A stretch of 64,000 nt of DNA, taken from an uncultured Actinomycetes bacterium (lineage in GTDB: Bacteria > Actinomycetota > Thermoleophilia > Gaiellales > Gaiellaceae). This document shows, piece by piece, positions 49,956-59,246 of the stretch. The notes under the pieces were generated by a model, which ran no database searches, was not told the DNA's origin, and was given only the letters and a program-made list of their open reading frames with translations. Numbering within the stretch: the stretch's first letter is position 1; every line of letters begins with the position of its first letter. The translations under genes and the position numbers were made by a program. Location of the stretch: the NCBI GenBank assembly GCA_963811635.1, contig CAWESB010000010.1, positions 18,901-82,900 of the forward strand, in the 5' to 3' direction.

Positions 49956-50627
49956 GTGTGCCGTAAGCCTTTCGGCGGGATCGCCGACGTTCGCCTGCAT
50001 AGACTCGCCGAGATGACCGAGCGTGAGGCGGACGATCAGATGCGTGCGCATTTCGACCAGCGTGCGGCCGAGTACGACGACTGGTGGCTCGGCACTGGGT
50101 CGTTCTCGGAGCGCGAGCGACCCGGTTGGTCTGCGGAGGTCGAGCAGCTCATCGGCGTAGTGCGGGCCTTGCCCCCGGCACGAGTTCTCGATGTCGCATG
50201 CGGCACGGGCTTCCTCACACAGCATCTGCGCGGCGAGCTAGTGGCGCTCGACCAGAGCGCTCGGATGGTCGGGATTGCTGCGGCCCGTATGCCGCACGCG
50301 CGTGTGCTCCAAGGGGATGCCGGACAGCTGCCGTTCGGGGACGGCGAGTTCGACCGGGTCTTCACCAGCCATTTCCTCCACCACCTGTCGCCTGACCAAC
50401 GCGCCGCGTTCATAGCTGACGCCCGTCGCGTCGGACGCGAGCTTGTTGTCGTCGAGGATGTGCGTCGCGCGGACGCTCCCGCGGAGGAATGGCATGAGCG
50501 AGTCCTCAGCGATGGTTCGCGCCATCGCATGCACAGACATTCCTTCACGGCTGCCGAACTCGTCAGTGAGCTTGGCGCTGGTCAGGTGCTCCACGAAGGG
50601 CGCTGGTTCGTGGTCGTCGCGAACTGA
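49956..50627 (+). CDS. Class I SAM-dependent methyltransferase (start may be the internal ATG at 50013)
   Basis: Motif I is VLDVACGTGFLTQHL, followed by LPFGDGEFDRVF. Confidence 0.8.
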   Translation: MCRKPFGGIADVRLHRLAEMTEREADDQMRAHFDQRAAEYDDWWLGTGSFSERERPGWSAEVEQLIGVVRALPPARVLDVACGTGFLTQHLRGELVALDQSARMVGIAAARMPHARVLQGDAGQLPFGDGEFDRVFTSHFLHHLSPDQRAAFIADARRVGRELVVVEDVRRADAPAEEWHERVLSDGSRHRMHRHSFTAAELVSELGAGQVLHEGRWFVVVAN

Positions 50628-50697
50628 CGGCTCGGTGAGTAACAAGGCGTGGCGCCTCGCTCGAGATGGGCCGTCATCCGATTAGAGTCGCCGAACC

Positions 50698-51078
50698 GTG
50701 CCAAGCCGTGCCGTCGTGCTCGCCGTGAGTTTCCTCGCGCTGATCCTCTTCGCTGCAGCCGCCTGCACTGACGAATCTTCCGACCAGACGGAGGCCGAGG
50801 CCACGACTGGCGATGCCAGGGGAACGTCGGCCGTTTCGGAGCTGTGCCGCGCTGCGATGACTACATACCACGACGCCCTGATTACCTTGGAGAATCCCAA
50901 TGAGCGACCGCTTCAGGTCGCCACGCTGAAGGCGTGCAAGAGCCGCGAGGAGTGGCTGGCGGCCGTGCAGCCTTACGCCGACGAGGGACAAGGATGCCCC
51001 ATCGCGTGTGTAGAGCCGGAGACCGTGTACCTGGGGATTTGCAGCGAAAATGAGAAGCTGCCCGCCTGCCGCGAGTAG
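50698..51078 (+). CDS. Putative lipoprotein
   Basis: 126 aa. The signal has a lipobox-like LFAAAAC. Confidence 0.55.
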   Translation: MPSRAVVLAVSFLALILFAAAACTDESSDQTEAEATTGDARGTSAVSELCRAAMTTYHDALITLENPNERPLQVATLKACKSREEWLAAVQPYADEGQGCPIACVEPETVYLGICSENEKLPACRE

Positions 51079-51114
51079 TGAGGCCCTCATCGGTCGAGCC
51101 GTTACGGAAAGCCG

Positions 51115-51646
51115 TTAGTAGGACACGAGCAGCTTGAAGACGACCAGGACGGCACCGAGGCACAGGTTCGCGGTGACTACCGCAAGTGTCCCGACGCGAC
51201 CCAGACGCTCGACGCGGGCGAAGACGATCCCCTGCAACGACGAGCAGAGCCAAGCCGAGGCCGAACGCCACCCACACGGCGGTCCTCGTCGACATCAGCC
51301 CGACGGCGCCAAGCAAGAGGGCGGCGACGGGTGGTAGCGCCGCCTCCACGATCGATCCCTCACGCCGGGCGATGCGCTGCAGGTTGGCGAGTGAAAGATG
51401 CTCGTCTTTGGCAACGCTCTCGGCGAGGCCGTGCGCATATACATGCGCGAGCCAGAAGACGACCGAGGTGACTGCCACCAGCGCGGCGATGTGCCCGGCC
51501 TCATTCGGGTAGGCCTTTGCCCCCGCCACAAGGACTGCAAGGACGATGATCGTTCCGTAGACGAACCCCGCGAGCCGTTCGCCCATCGCCCCACGGCTGA
51601 GGTAGCCAGCCCTGTAAGCGCGTAGCTTCCCCACGACTGAGCGCAC
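51115..51646 (-). pseudogene. Hypothetical polytopic membrane protein, frameshift at the CCCC run 51229-51232
   Basis: The N-terminal frame reads ...TAVWVAFGLGLALLVVAG. A plausible continuation, IVFARVERLGRVGTLAVVTANLCLGAVLVVFKLLVSY*, lies in another frame. Confidence 0.5.
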
Positions 51647-51652
51647 CGCTGC

Positions 51653-53008
51653 CTACGGCTCCGTATGGACGATCACGTCCACGATCTCCGGGTGATCGCG
51701 CCGGATGCGCTCCTCGACCTCGCTCGCGCTCGCGTGGGCCTCGGCGAGTGCGCGCTCGGGCGCCATGGCGAGGGTCAGGAAGGCGACGAGCCCGCGGTCG
51801 GTCGACAGGAAGCGGAGCTCGCGCGGGTCGATGCCGGTCGTCTCCCGAACGATCTCCCGGACGGCCCGCGACTCGCTCTCGAGCACGCCGTCGGGGACCG
51901 GCGTGACGGACGCCGGCTCGGACAGCGGCTCGATGTGCGTCTGCACGGAGTCGACCTCGCGGAGCGAGGAGCGGATCTCGTGCTCCACCCGCTCTGCGAT
52001 CTCGTGCGCCTCGGCGAGCGTGAGCGAGCCCGGGAGCTTCAGGTGAAGCGAGACCTCGGTGTGGCCGTCCAGGTCGAGGACGGCCACGTTGTGGACCTCG
52101 CGCACGCCTGGGACCCGAAGCGCGGCGGCGAGCGCCTGCTCGCCCAATTCTCCCCGGGCCTCTGCGGGCTCGACGTGGACGACGATGTCGCTGCCGGGCA
52201 CGGCGCGCTCGACCGCCTCCTCGACGGCGTCGGCCGCGGCGTGCCCCTGGCCAACGGCTGCCCCAGGTGGGACGCCGATGACCACGTCGGCGAAATGCCT
52301 TCCCGCCGCCCGGCGCATGCGCAGGCGGAGGAGGACGACCCCCGGGGCGAGCGCCTCGATCGCCCGCCGGGCGGCCTCGACCTCGTCCACCGGCGCCTGA
52401 TCCATGAGCACGTCGACGTTCTGGCGGATCAGCCGCGAGGCGGCGTAGAGGACGAGGGCGGCGACGAAGAGCGCCGCGATCGCATCGACCTCGGGGTAGC
52501 CCGCCGCGGCGAAGATGAGCCCGATCAGGACCGCCGTCGAGCCGGCGAGGTCGCCGGCGAAATGCAGCGCGCTCGCTCCGAAGGCGGGGCTGGTGAACCT
52601 CCGGGCCGCACGGTGGGAGACCGTGGCCCGGCTCGCATCGATTGCGATGACCACGCCGATGACGAGGAACGCCCACCAGGTCGCGTCGACCTCCCCCGTG
52701 CCGTCGACGAGGCGACGAACCGCCGCGTAGGCGATGAAGAGCGAGATCAGGCCGAGGATCCCCGCCTCGGCCAGGGCGGAGAGGTGCTCGGCCTTGTCGT
52801 GGCCGTAGGGGTGTCCGCGGTCGGCCGGCCGGACGGCAACGCCCACGGCGAAGAGCGTCAGTAGGGCGGCAACGAGATCGGTGCCCGAGTGCGCCGCCTC
52901 GGAGAGGAGCCCGAGGCTACCGGTGGCGAGGCCCGTCACCAGCTTGATCGCGATCAGTACGATCGCGGCCCCGACGGAGACCAGGGCGATCCGGCGCTGG
53001 GGGCTCAT
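51653..53008 (-). CDS. Cation diffusion facilitator (CDF) exporter with three tandem C-terminal cytoplasmic domains
   Basis: From MSPQRRIALVSV. The TM domain has SEAAHSGTDL and HFAGDLAGS. Three ZT_dimer-like modules follow, each ending in H-x-EP (VVHVEP, QTHIEP, IVHTEP). Confidence 0.85.
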   Translation of the reverse strand: MSPQRRIALVSVGAAIVLIAIKLVTGLATGSLGLLSEAAHSGTDLVAALLTLFAVGVAVRPADRGHPYGHDKAEHLSALAEAGILGLISLFIAYAAVRRLVDGTGEVDATWWAFLVIGVVIAIDASRATVSHRAARRFTSPAFGASALHFAGDLAGSTAVLIGLIFAAAGYPEVDAIAALFVAALVLYAASRLIRQNVDVLMDQAPVDEVEAARRAIEALAPGVVLLRLRMRRAAGRHFADVVIGVPPGAAVGQGHAAADAVEEAVERAVPGSDIVVHVEPAEARGELGEQALAAALRVPGVREVHNVAVLDLDGHTEVSLHLKLPGSLTLAEAHEIAERVEHEIRSSLREVDSVQTHIEPLSEPASVTPVPDGVLESESRAVREIVRETTGIDPRELRFLSTDRGLVAFLTLAMAPERALAEAHASASEVEERIRRDHPEIVDVIVHTEP

Positions 53009-53044
53009 AGGGCGCTCACGGGCACAGGCTAACCTTGCGTTCGG

Positions 53045-53227
53045 GTGCCGACGCTTCCCGACACCGGTGACTCCTTCACGGTCGAATGCCCGCACTGCGG
53101 GAAGGACTTCGACGCCGAGCTCCTCGGCGAGTCCGAGCGCCACCTCGGCTTCAAGTGCCCGCACTGCAAGCTGTTCGTCGCGTACAAGGCGGCTGACGAG
53201 CAGGACCTGGTCGAGCCCTCCGACTAA
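53045..53227 (+). CDS. Small zinc-ribbon protein (60 aa)
   Basis: The motifs are CPHCG...24 aa...CPHCK. GC3 is very high. It is divergent from the CDF gene with a 36-bp gap. Confidence 0.55.
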   Translation: MPTLPDTGDSFTVECPHCGKDFDAELLGESERHLGFKCPHCKLFVAYKAADEQDLVEPSD

Positions 53228-53258
53228 CGGTCGAAGTCCAACCGCCGATAGAGAAGAC

Positions 53259-55352
53259 GTGTCCGTCGTCGCCCGCACCGCCGATCGCGTGCAGGCGCCC
53301 CGCGCCGCGCTCGCGCGCGCGGGGACCCGTGCCGCCCCGCTGCTCGCCGCCCTCGTCGCGGCGAGCTTCTTCGTGCGCCTTGTTCTCGGCTGGCTGCGGG
53401 CCACGCCTACCTTCTTCGCCGACGAGTACATCTACGGTGAGCTGGGCCGGAGCCTGGCCGAGTCCGGCCGCCCGCTGATCCGCGGTGCCTCGGCGAGCTT
53501 CCCCGCCCTCCTCCAACCCCTTGTCACCGCCCCGGCCTGGCTCTTCGGCGACGTCGAGACGTCGTTCCGCGTCATCCAGACGCTGGGCGCCCTCGCCATG
53601 TCGCTGGCCGCGGTGCCCGTCTACCTCCTCGCCAGGCGGCTCGGCCTGGGGACCTGGATCTGCCTCGCCCTCGGCGCGCTCGCGCTGGCGGTGCCGGACC
53701 TGGTCTACGCCGGCTGGGTCGTGGCCGAGCCGTACGCCTACCCGCTGGCTCTCGGCGCCGTCGCCGTCGGCACGGTCGCGCTCGCCCGCCCGAGCGTCCG
53801 GCTGCAGCTCGCCTTCCTGGCGCTGGCCGGGCTGGCGACCTTCGCCCGCGTCCAATTCGCCGTCCTCCCGCTCTGCTTCGTCGCCGCCGTCCTCGTCGTC
53901 GGCCTCCGCGAGCACCGCCTGCGGGCGGCGCTGCGGGAGCAACTGGTCGTCCTCGCCGCCGTCGCCCTGCCGGCGCTCGCGCTCCTCGCCGTCGGCGCGA
54001 GCCGCGCCCTCGGCTTCTACGAGGGCATCCTCGACCTCGAGGTGGCCTCGCCCGAGATGGCGAAGTGGATCGGGGCCGACTCGATGCTCCTCGCCTACGC
54101 CGCCGGCGTCGTCCTCGCTCCCGGCGCGGTCCTCGGGCTCTGGCTCGCGCTTCGGCGACCGCGCTCGCGCGAGGAGCTGGCCTTCGGCGCGCTCACGCTC
54201 CCCTTCGTCGTCGCTCTGCTCGTCGAGGCAGCCGCCTACGGGCTCGGCGGCGACCGCATCCAGGAGCGGTACTTCTTCTACGCCGTCCCGCTCGTCGGCA
54301 TCCTCTTCGCGCTCTACGCCTCCCGGGGCTGGCCGCACCGCTTCGTCCACGGCGCGCTCGCAGCGGGGCTCGTCCTGCTCGCCGCCCGCATCCCGCTCTC
54401 CGGCTACTCCGCGGCGGACGGCAAGACGAACTCCCCCACGCTCTTTGCGACCGCCAGGCTCGAACAGGCCTTCGGCGACGTCGCCACAGCCTCGCTCGTC
54501 GTCGCCCTGGGCGTCACCCTCCTGGTCGGGATTCTCGTGCTCGCAAGCCGGCGGCCCCAGCTGGCGACGCCGGTTGCGCTCGGGCTCGCGCTCGTCGTCT
54601 GCACGGCGACCTATGCCGGCGCGATCTCGTACAACCTCGCGAACGCGGAGCGCACGAAGACCGACGTCCTCGGGCCCGACCCGTCCTTCGTCGACAGCAC
54701 CGGGATCGAGGGCGCCGCGATGCTCCAGTCGCGCTCGAGCCAGCGCGCGGTCGCCTCCGAGTACCTCTTCTGGAACCGCTCCGTGGACGCCGTCTACCTG
54801 CTGCCCGGCGCCGAGCCCCCGGACTCCTTCACGGTCACCCGCCTCACGACCGCCGCTGACGGGACCCTGCTGGCCAACGGCCGCCCGGTAACCGAACCGC
54901 TCGTGGCCGACGGCTTCAGCGACACGATCCGTTTCCGCGACTCGGACGAGATCGCGACGTCGCCCGTCTACCGCCTGGTCGCCTCGCCCGGCCCCCAACG
55001 GCTCGCGCTCTACGCGCCCGGCCGCTACGAGGACGGCTGGCTCGGCCTGGTCGGGAGCTTCCAGCTCTGGCCCGAGAGCGCGGCCGACGGTCTCATCGGG
55101 ACACTGCGCTTCGAGCTGACCGGCCCCGAAGGCTCGCCGCCGGTCGCGGTTCAGATCGAGCCGCCGGGCGAACCGGTCAGGGAGATCGTCGTCCGGCCGG
55201 GCGCGACCGAGCAGGTCGAGGTCGCGGTCTGCGCCCCCGGGGCTTGGAGCATGGACTTCGTCGCGCCCTCGACCGGCGCAGTCGGCGGCCGCTTCGTCAG
55301 CGTGCAGGCCTCGGAGCCCGTCTACCGGCCCGAGCCCACCGCCTGCGAATAG
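53259..55352 (+). CDS. GT-C-fold membrane glycosyltransferase (ArnT/PMT-like, family 39/83-like)
   Basis: From the GTG at 53259. The first-loop motif is FFADEYIYGELGRSL. It has about 12 TM segments and a roughly 250-aa C-terminal extracytoplasmic domain. The upstream part of the track ORF overlaps the CDF gene on the other strand. Confidence 0.65.
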   Translation: MSVVARTADRVQAPRAALARAGTRAAPLLAALVAASFFVRLVLGWLRATPTFFADEYIYGELGRSLAESGRPLIRGASASFPALLQPLVTAPAWLFGDVETSFRVIQTLGALAMSLAAVPVYLLARRLGLGTWICLALGALALAVPDLVYAGWVVAEPYAYPLALGAVAVGTVALARPSVRLQLAFLALAGLATFARVQFAVLPLCFVAAVLVVGLREHRLRAALREQLVVLAAVALPALALLAVGASRALGFYEGILDLEVASPEMAKWIGADSMLLAYAAGVVLAPGAVLGLWLALRRPRSREELAFGALTLPFVVALLVEAAAYGLGGDRIQERYFFYAVPLVGILFALYASRGWPHRFVHGALAAGLVLLAARIPLSGYSAADGKTNSPTLFATARLEQAFGDVATASLVVALGVTLLVGILVLASRRPQLATPVALGLALVVCTATYAGAISYNLANAERTKTDVLGPDPSFVDSTGIEGAAMLQSRSSQRAVASEYLFWNRSVDAVYLLPGAEPPDSFTVTRLTTAADGTLLANGRPVTEPLVADGFSDTIRFRDSDEIATSPVYRLVASPGPQRLALYAPGRYEDGWLGLVGSFQLWPESAADGLIGTLRFELTGPEGSPPVAVQIEPPGEPVREIVVRPGATEQVEVAVCAPGAWSMDFVAPSTGAVGGRFVSVQASEPVYRPEPTACE

Positions 55353-55355
55353 CGC

Positions 55356-56450
<1,095 letters not shown>

Positions 56451-56592
56451 TGACCCGCCTTTCTCGTTACCCGTGCAACGTTGTCCGTCGGAACGAAAGA
56501 GAGTCGGCGAGTCCTACATCGTCCGCCGACTCACAGGCACATCCGGACGGGGATTCTACAACGCCTGTGGAAAAGCGGTAGACGAAAATTTC

Positions 56593-57456
56593 TCAGGCCT
56601 CGGCCGCGATCGACCCGACGACCTCGCCGCGGCTCGAGTGAAGCGGCCGCTCGGCAAGCTCCGGGATGCCGAGAAGCGCTCCCGCGACCGCGTATGCCGC
56701 GCGGTTGGCCCCGTCCTCCACCTTCAACGCAACACCGGTGCCGTCCGCGAGCCCGACGCAGAGGATGCCCTCCGCCCCGCGCTTGGCGACCGCGCCGGGC
56801 CGCGCGCGCATCACCAGCGTGTCGACGGACTGAGGCCCGCCGACGAGATCGGGGTGCGACGTCATCGCAGCGACGACCGTCTCGGCCCCGTCCGGCCGGC
56901 CACGCGCCAGGCCGGCGAAGAGGCGCGCCATCTCGACGAGGGAGAGCGCGAAGGTCGGCACGCCGCAGCCGTCGACGGCGGTGGCGATGTCGTCCGCGGG
57001 CCGCCCGACCGTCTCGGCGACGAGCGCGAGCAGCTCCTGCTGCAGCGGGTGGTCGGGCAGCCGGTAGCCCTCGGTCTCCCAGCCCCGCGCGCGCGAGAGA
57101 AAGAGGAAGCCGGCGTGCTTGCCGGAGCAGTTGTGCCGCAGGCGCGAGCCGTGCTCCGCCCCGCACTCGAGATCGTCGGCAGTCACGCCCGCCCGCTCGA
57201 GCAGCGCGCGGACCGCGACGAGCTGGTCGGGTCTCGCCTCGTGCGAGGCGCAGGCGATCGCGAGCTCCTCCTGCGGCAGCTCGTAGGGGACGAGCGGGAG
57301 CGCCTGGAGTGGCTTGGCGGAGGAGCGGACGAAGGCGACGAGGCTCGGGTCGCCCCAGAATTCCGTCACCGCGTCGTCCCGCACGACGACGGCGTGCGCC
57401 CGGTGGCGGGACTCGACGACGCCCCCACGGGTCACGGCTACGCTGATCGCGTCCAC
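56593..57456 (-). CDS. Asparaginase family II (PF06089-like)
   Basis: 287 aa from a GTG start. It reads VTRGGVVESRHRAHAVVV...RSSAKPLQALP...NCSGKHAGFL. Confidence 0.8.
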   Translation of the reverse strand: MDAISVAVTRGGVVESRHRAHAVVVRDDAVTEFWGDPSLVAFVRSSAKPLQALPLVPYELPQEELAIACASHEARPDQLVAVRALLERAGVTADDLECGAEHGSRLRHNCSGKHAGFLFLSRARGWETEGYRLPDHPLQQELLALVAETVGRPADDIATAVDGCGVPTFALSLVEMARLFAGLARGRPDGAETVVAAMTSHPDLVGGPQSVDTLVMRARPGAVAKRGAEGILCVGLADGTGVALKVEDGANRAAYAVAGALLGIPELAERPLHSSRGEVVGSIAAEA

Positions 57457-57467
57457 GAGGAGGAATC

Positions 57468-58295
57468 ATTCCCGAGTTTCCCGAGGTGGAGACGGCTCGC
57501 CGCACCCTCGACGAGCCGCTGGCCCGCTCGCCGGTGCTCAAAGCCGGCCCGGCGCACATCGCGACGCTGAAGACGTTCGACCCACCGCTCGCGGCGCTCG
57601 AGGGCCGTCGCTTCGAAGGAGCGGGACGGCGCGGCAAGCATCTGCTCTTCCCCACCGACGACGGCGAGCTCGTCCTCCACATCCACCTGATGAGCGCCGG
57701 CCGCGTCCGCTTCCTCGAGCCGGGGGCGAAAGGCCCCAAGTCGCCGGCGTTCCGGCTGCGGCTCGAGGACGGCGGCGAGCTGATTCTTACCGAGGGCGGG
57801 CCGAAGAAGCGCGCGAAGGTCGGCGTCTTCCGCCCCGAGGACCTGGAGGCGGAGCTCGCGCACCTCGGCCCGGAGGCCGCCTCGATCGAGGCGGCCGAGC
57901 TCGCCGAGATCGCCCGACGCGAGAGCCGCCGCCTGCATCCCTTCCTCCGCGACCAGCGCGCGCTCGCCGGGATCGGGCGGGCCTGGTCGAACGAGATCCT
58001 CAACCGAGCAAGGCTCTCCCCCTACGCGCTGACCACGGATCTCAGCGACGACGAGATCGAGCTGCTCGCCGCGACGATCCGGGAGCTGCTCGCCCAGGGG
58101 CTCGAGTTGCGGCTCGCCGGCGCGAACGACGCGAAGGTGTACACGGTGCACAACCGCCTCGGCGAGCCGTGCCCGAACTGCGGGACGCCGATCGCCCGCG
58201 TCGACTTCGAGGAACACACGATCTTCTACTGCCCCGAGTGCCAGACGGGCGGTCGGGTCCTCAAGGACCGGCGGCTCTCGCGGCTGCTCAGGTAG
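57468..58295 (+). CDS. Fpg/Nei-family DNA glycosylase/AP lyase, apparently initiated at ATT
   Basis: The conserved N-terminus PEFPEVETARR begins at 57471. The only codon before Pro in the open frame is ATT at 57468. GAGGAGG lies at 57457-57463. The C-terminal zinc finger is CPNCG...CPECQ. The track start (GTG at 57486) would delete the catalytic Pro. Confidence 0.8.
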   Translation: MPEFPEVETARRTLDEPLARSPVLKAGPAHIATLKTFDPPLAALEGRRFEGAGRRGKHLLFPTDDGELVLHIHLMSAGRVRFLEPGAKGPKSPAFRLRLEDGGELILTEGGPKKRAKVGVFRPEDLEAELAHLGPEAASIEAAELAEIARRESRRLHPFLRDQRALAGIGRAWSNEILNRARLSPYALTTDLSDDEIELLAATIRELLAQGLELRLAGANDAKVYTVHNRLGEPCPNCGTPIARVDFEEHTIFYCPECQTGGRVLKDRRLSRLLR

Positions 58296-58300
58296 CCGGA

Positions 58301-59047
58301 TTACCTCGACGCTGACGCTACCGGCGAAGGCCACTCGATCAGGCCCTCGCGGTAGGCCGCGGCGACCATCTGCGCCTGGCTGTGGACGTGGAATTTCGTC
58401 AGCAGGTGCTGGATGTGGCTGCCCACGGTTCTCGGGCTGATGACCAGCCTCTCGGCAACCTCCGAGCGACTGAGGCCCTCGGCGAGGAGCACGAGGACCT
58501 CTCGTTCTCTTGGTGTCACTCCGCGATCGCCCGGGCCCCTGGCCGGCGCCCTGTGCCCCTTGCCATTCCGCGATCCGGAGACGAGCCGTCGCACTCGCCC
58601 CGTGAAGTGGCTCGGCTGGAAGGGTTTGACGAGGTAATCGTCCGCCCCGAGCAGCAGGCCCGCCGAGCGGTCGAGATCGTCGACCTTCTCGCCGGAGACG
58701 AGGATGATGGGCAACTCGGCGCCCAGTAGCTCGTGGAGCTCGCGGCACAACTCGAGCCCGCTGATGTCAGGGAGTCGTACGTCGGCGACCACAAGCGCAG
58801 GCCGCTCCCGACTAGCGACTACGACCGCCTCGGCGCCGGTGGACGCCTCGACAACAGGCAGGGACATCCGCTCCAGCAGGGCCGCAACGAAACTACGGAA
58901 AACCGGCTCGTCGTCGACTACCAACACTGGAGACGAGACAGCCAGTCCAGATTCACTCGTCACAGCTACGGCATGAATTGTGACAGATCGCACCGGACCG
59001 CGCAAACGTCGACGTACGTCATTCGTCGCAGCGCCGCTCGTCCGCAT
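58301..59047 (-). CDS. NarL/FixJ (LuxR-type HTH) response regulator
   Basis: The receiver is VLVVDDEP...LVVADVRLPDISG...KPF. The HTH is TPREREVLVLLAEGLSRSEVAERLVISPRTVGSHIQHLL. The start is chosen at MRTSGAAT and is uncertain. Confidence 0.85.
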   Translation of the reverse strand: MRTSGAATNDVRRRLRGPVRSVTIHAVAVTSESGLAVSSPVLVVDDEPVFRSFVAALLERMSLPVVEASTGAEAVVVASRERPALVVADVRLPDISGLELCRELHELLGAELPIILVSGEKVDDLDRSAGLLLGADDYLVKPFQPSHFTGRVRRLVSGSRNGKGHRAPARGPGDRGVTPREREVLVLLAEGLSRSEVAERLVISPRTVGSHIQHLLTKFHVHSQAQMVAAAYREGLIEWPSPVASASR

Positions 59048-59246
59048 CAGTTGTTCGACGTATGCACAAGTTGCTGTGGAAAACCGTGGACGGGCCCCGC
59101 GGCCAGCACGGAGTATTGAAGGCTGCGCGCGTAAGGGGTCTTCGATCTGAGAGGGGAACTGCGGCGCAGCATGCGCGTTTTCGTGGTCGGACACTGGCGA
59201 CGCCGGTGACGGCATGGGTTCTCAATGCAGGAGAGGGAGAAAAACT

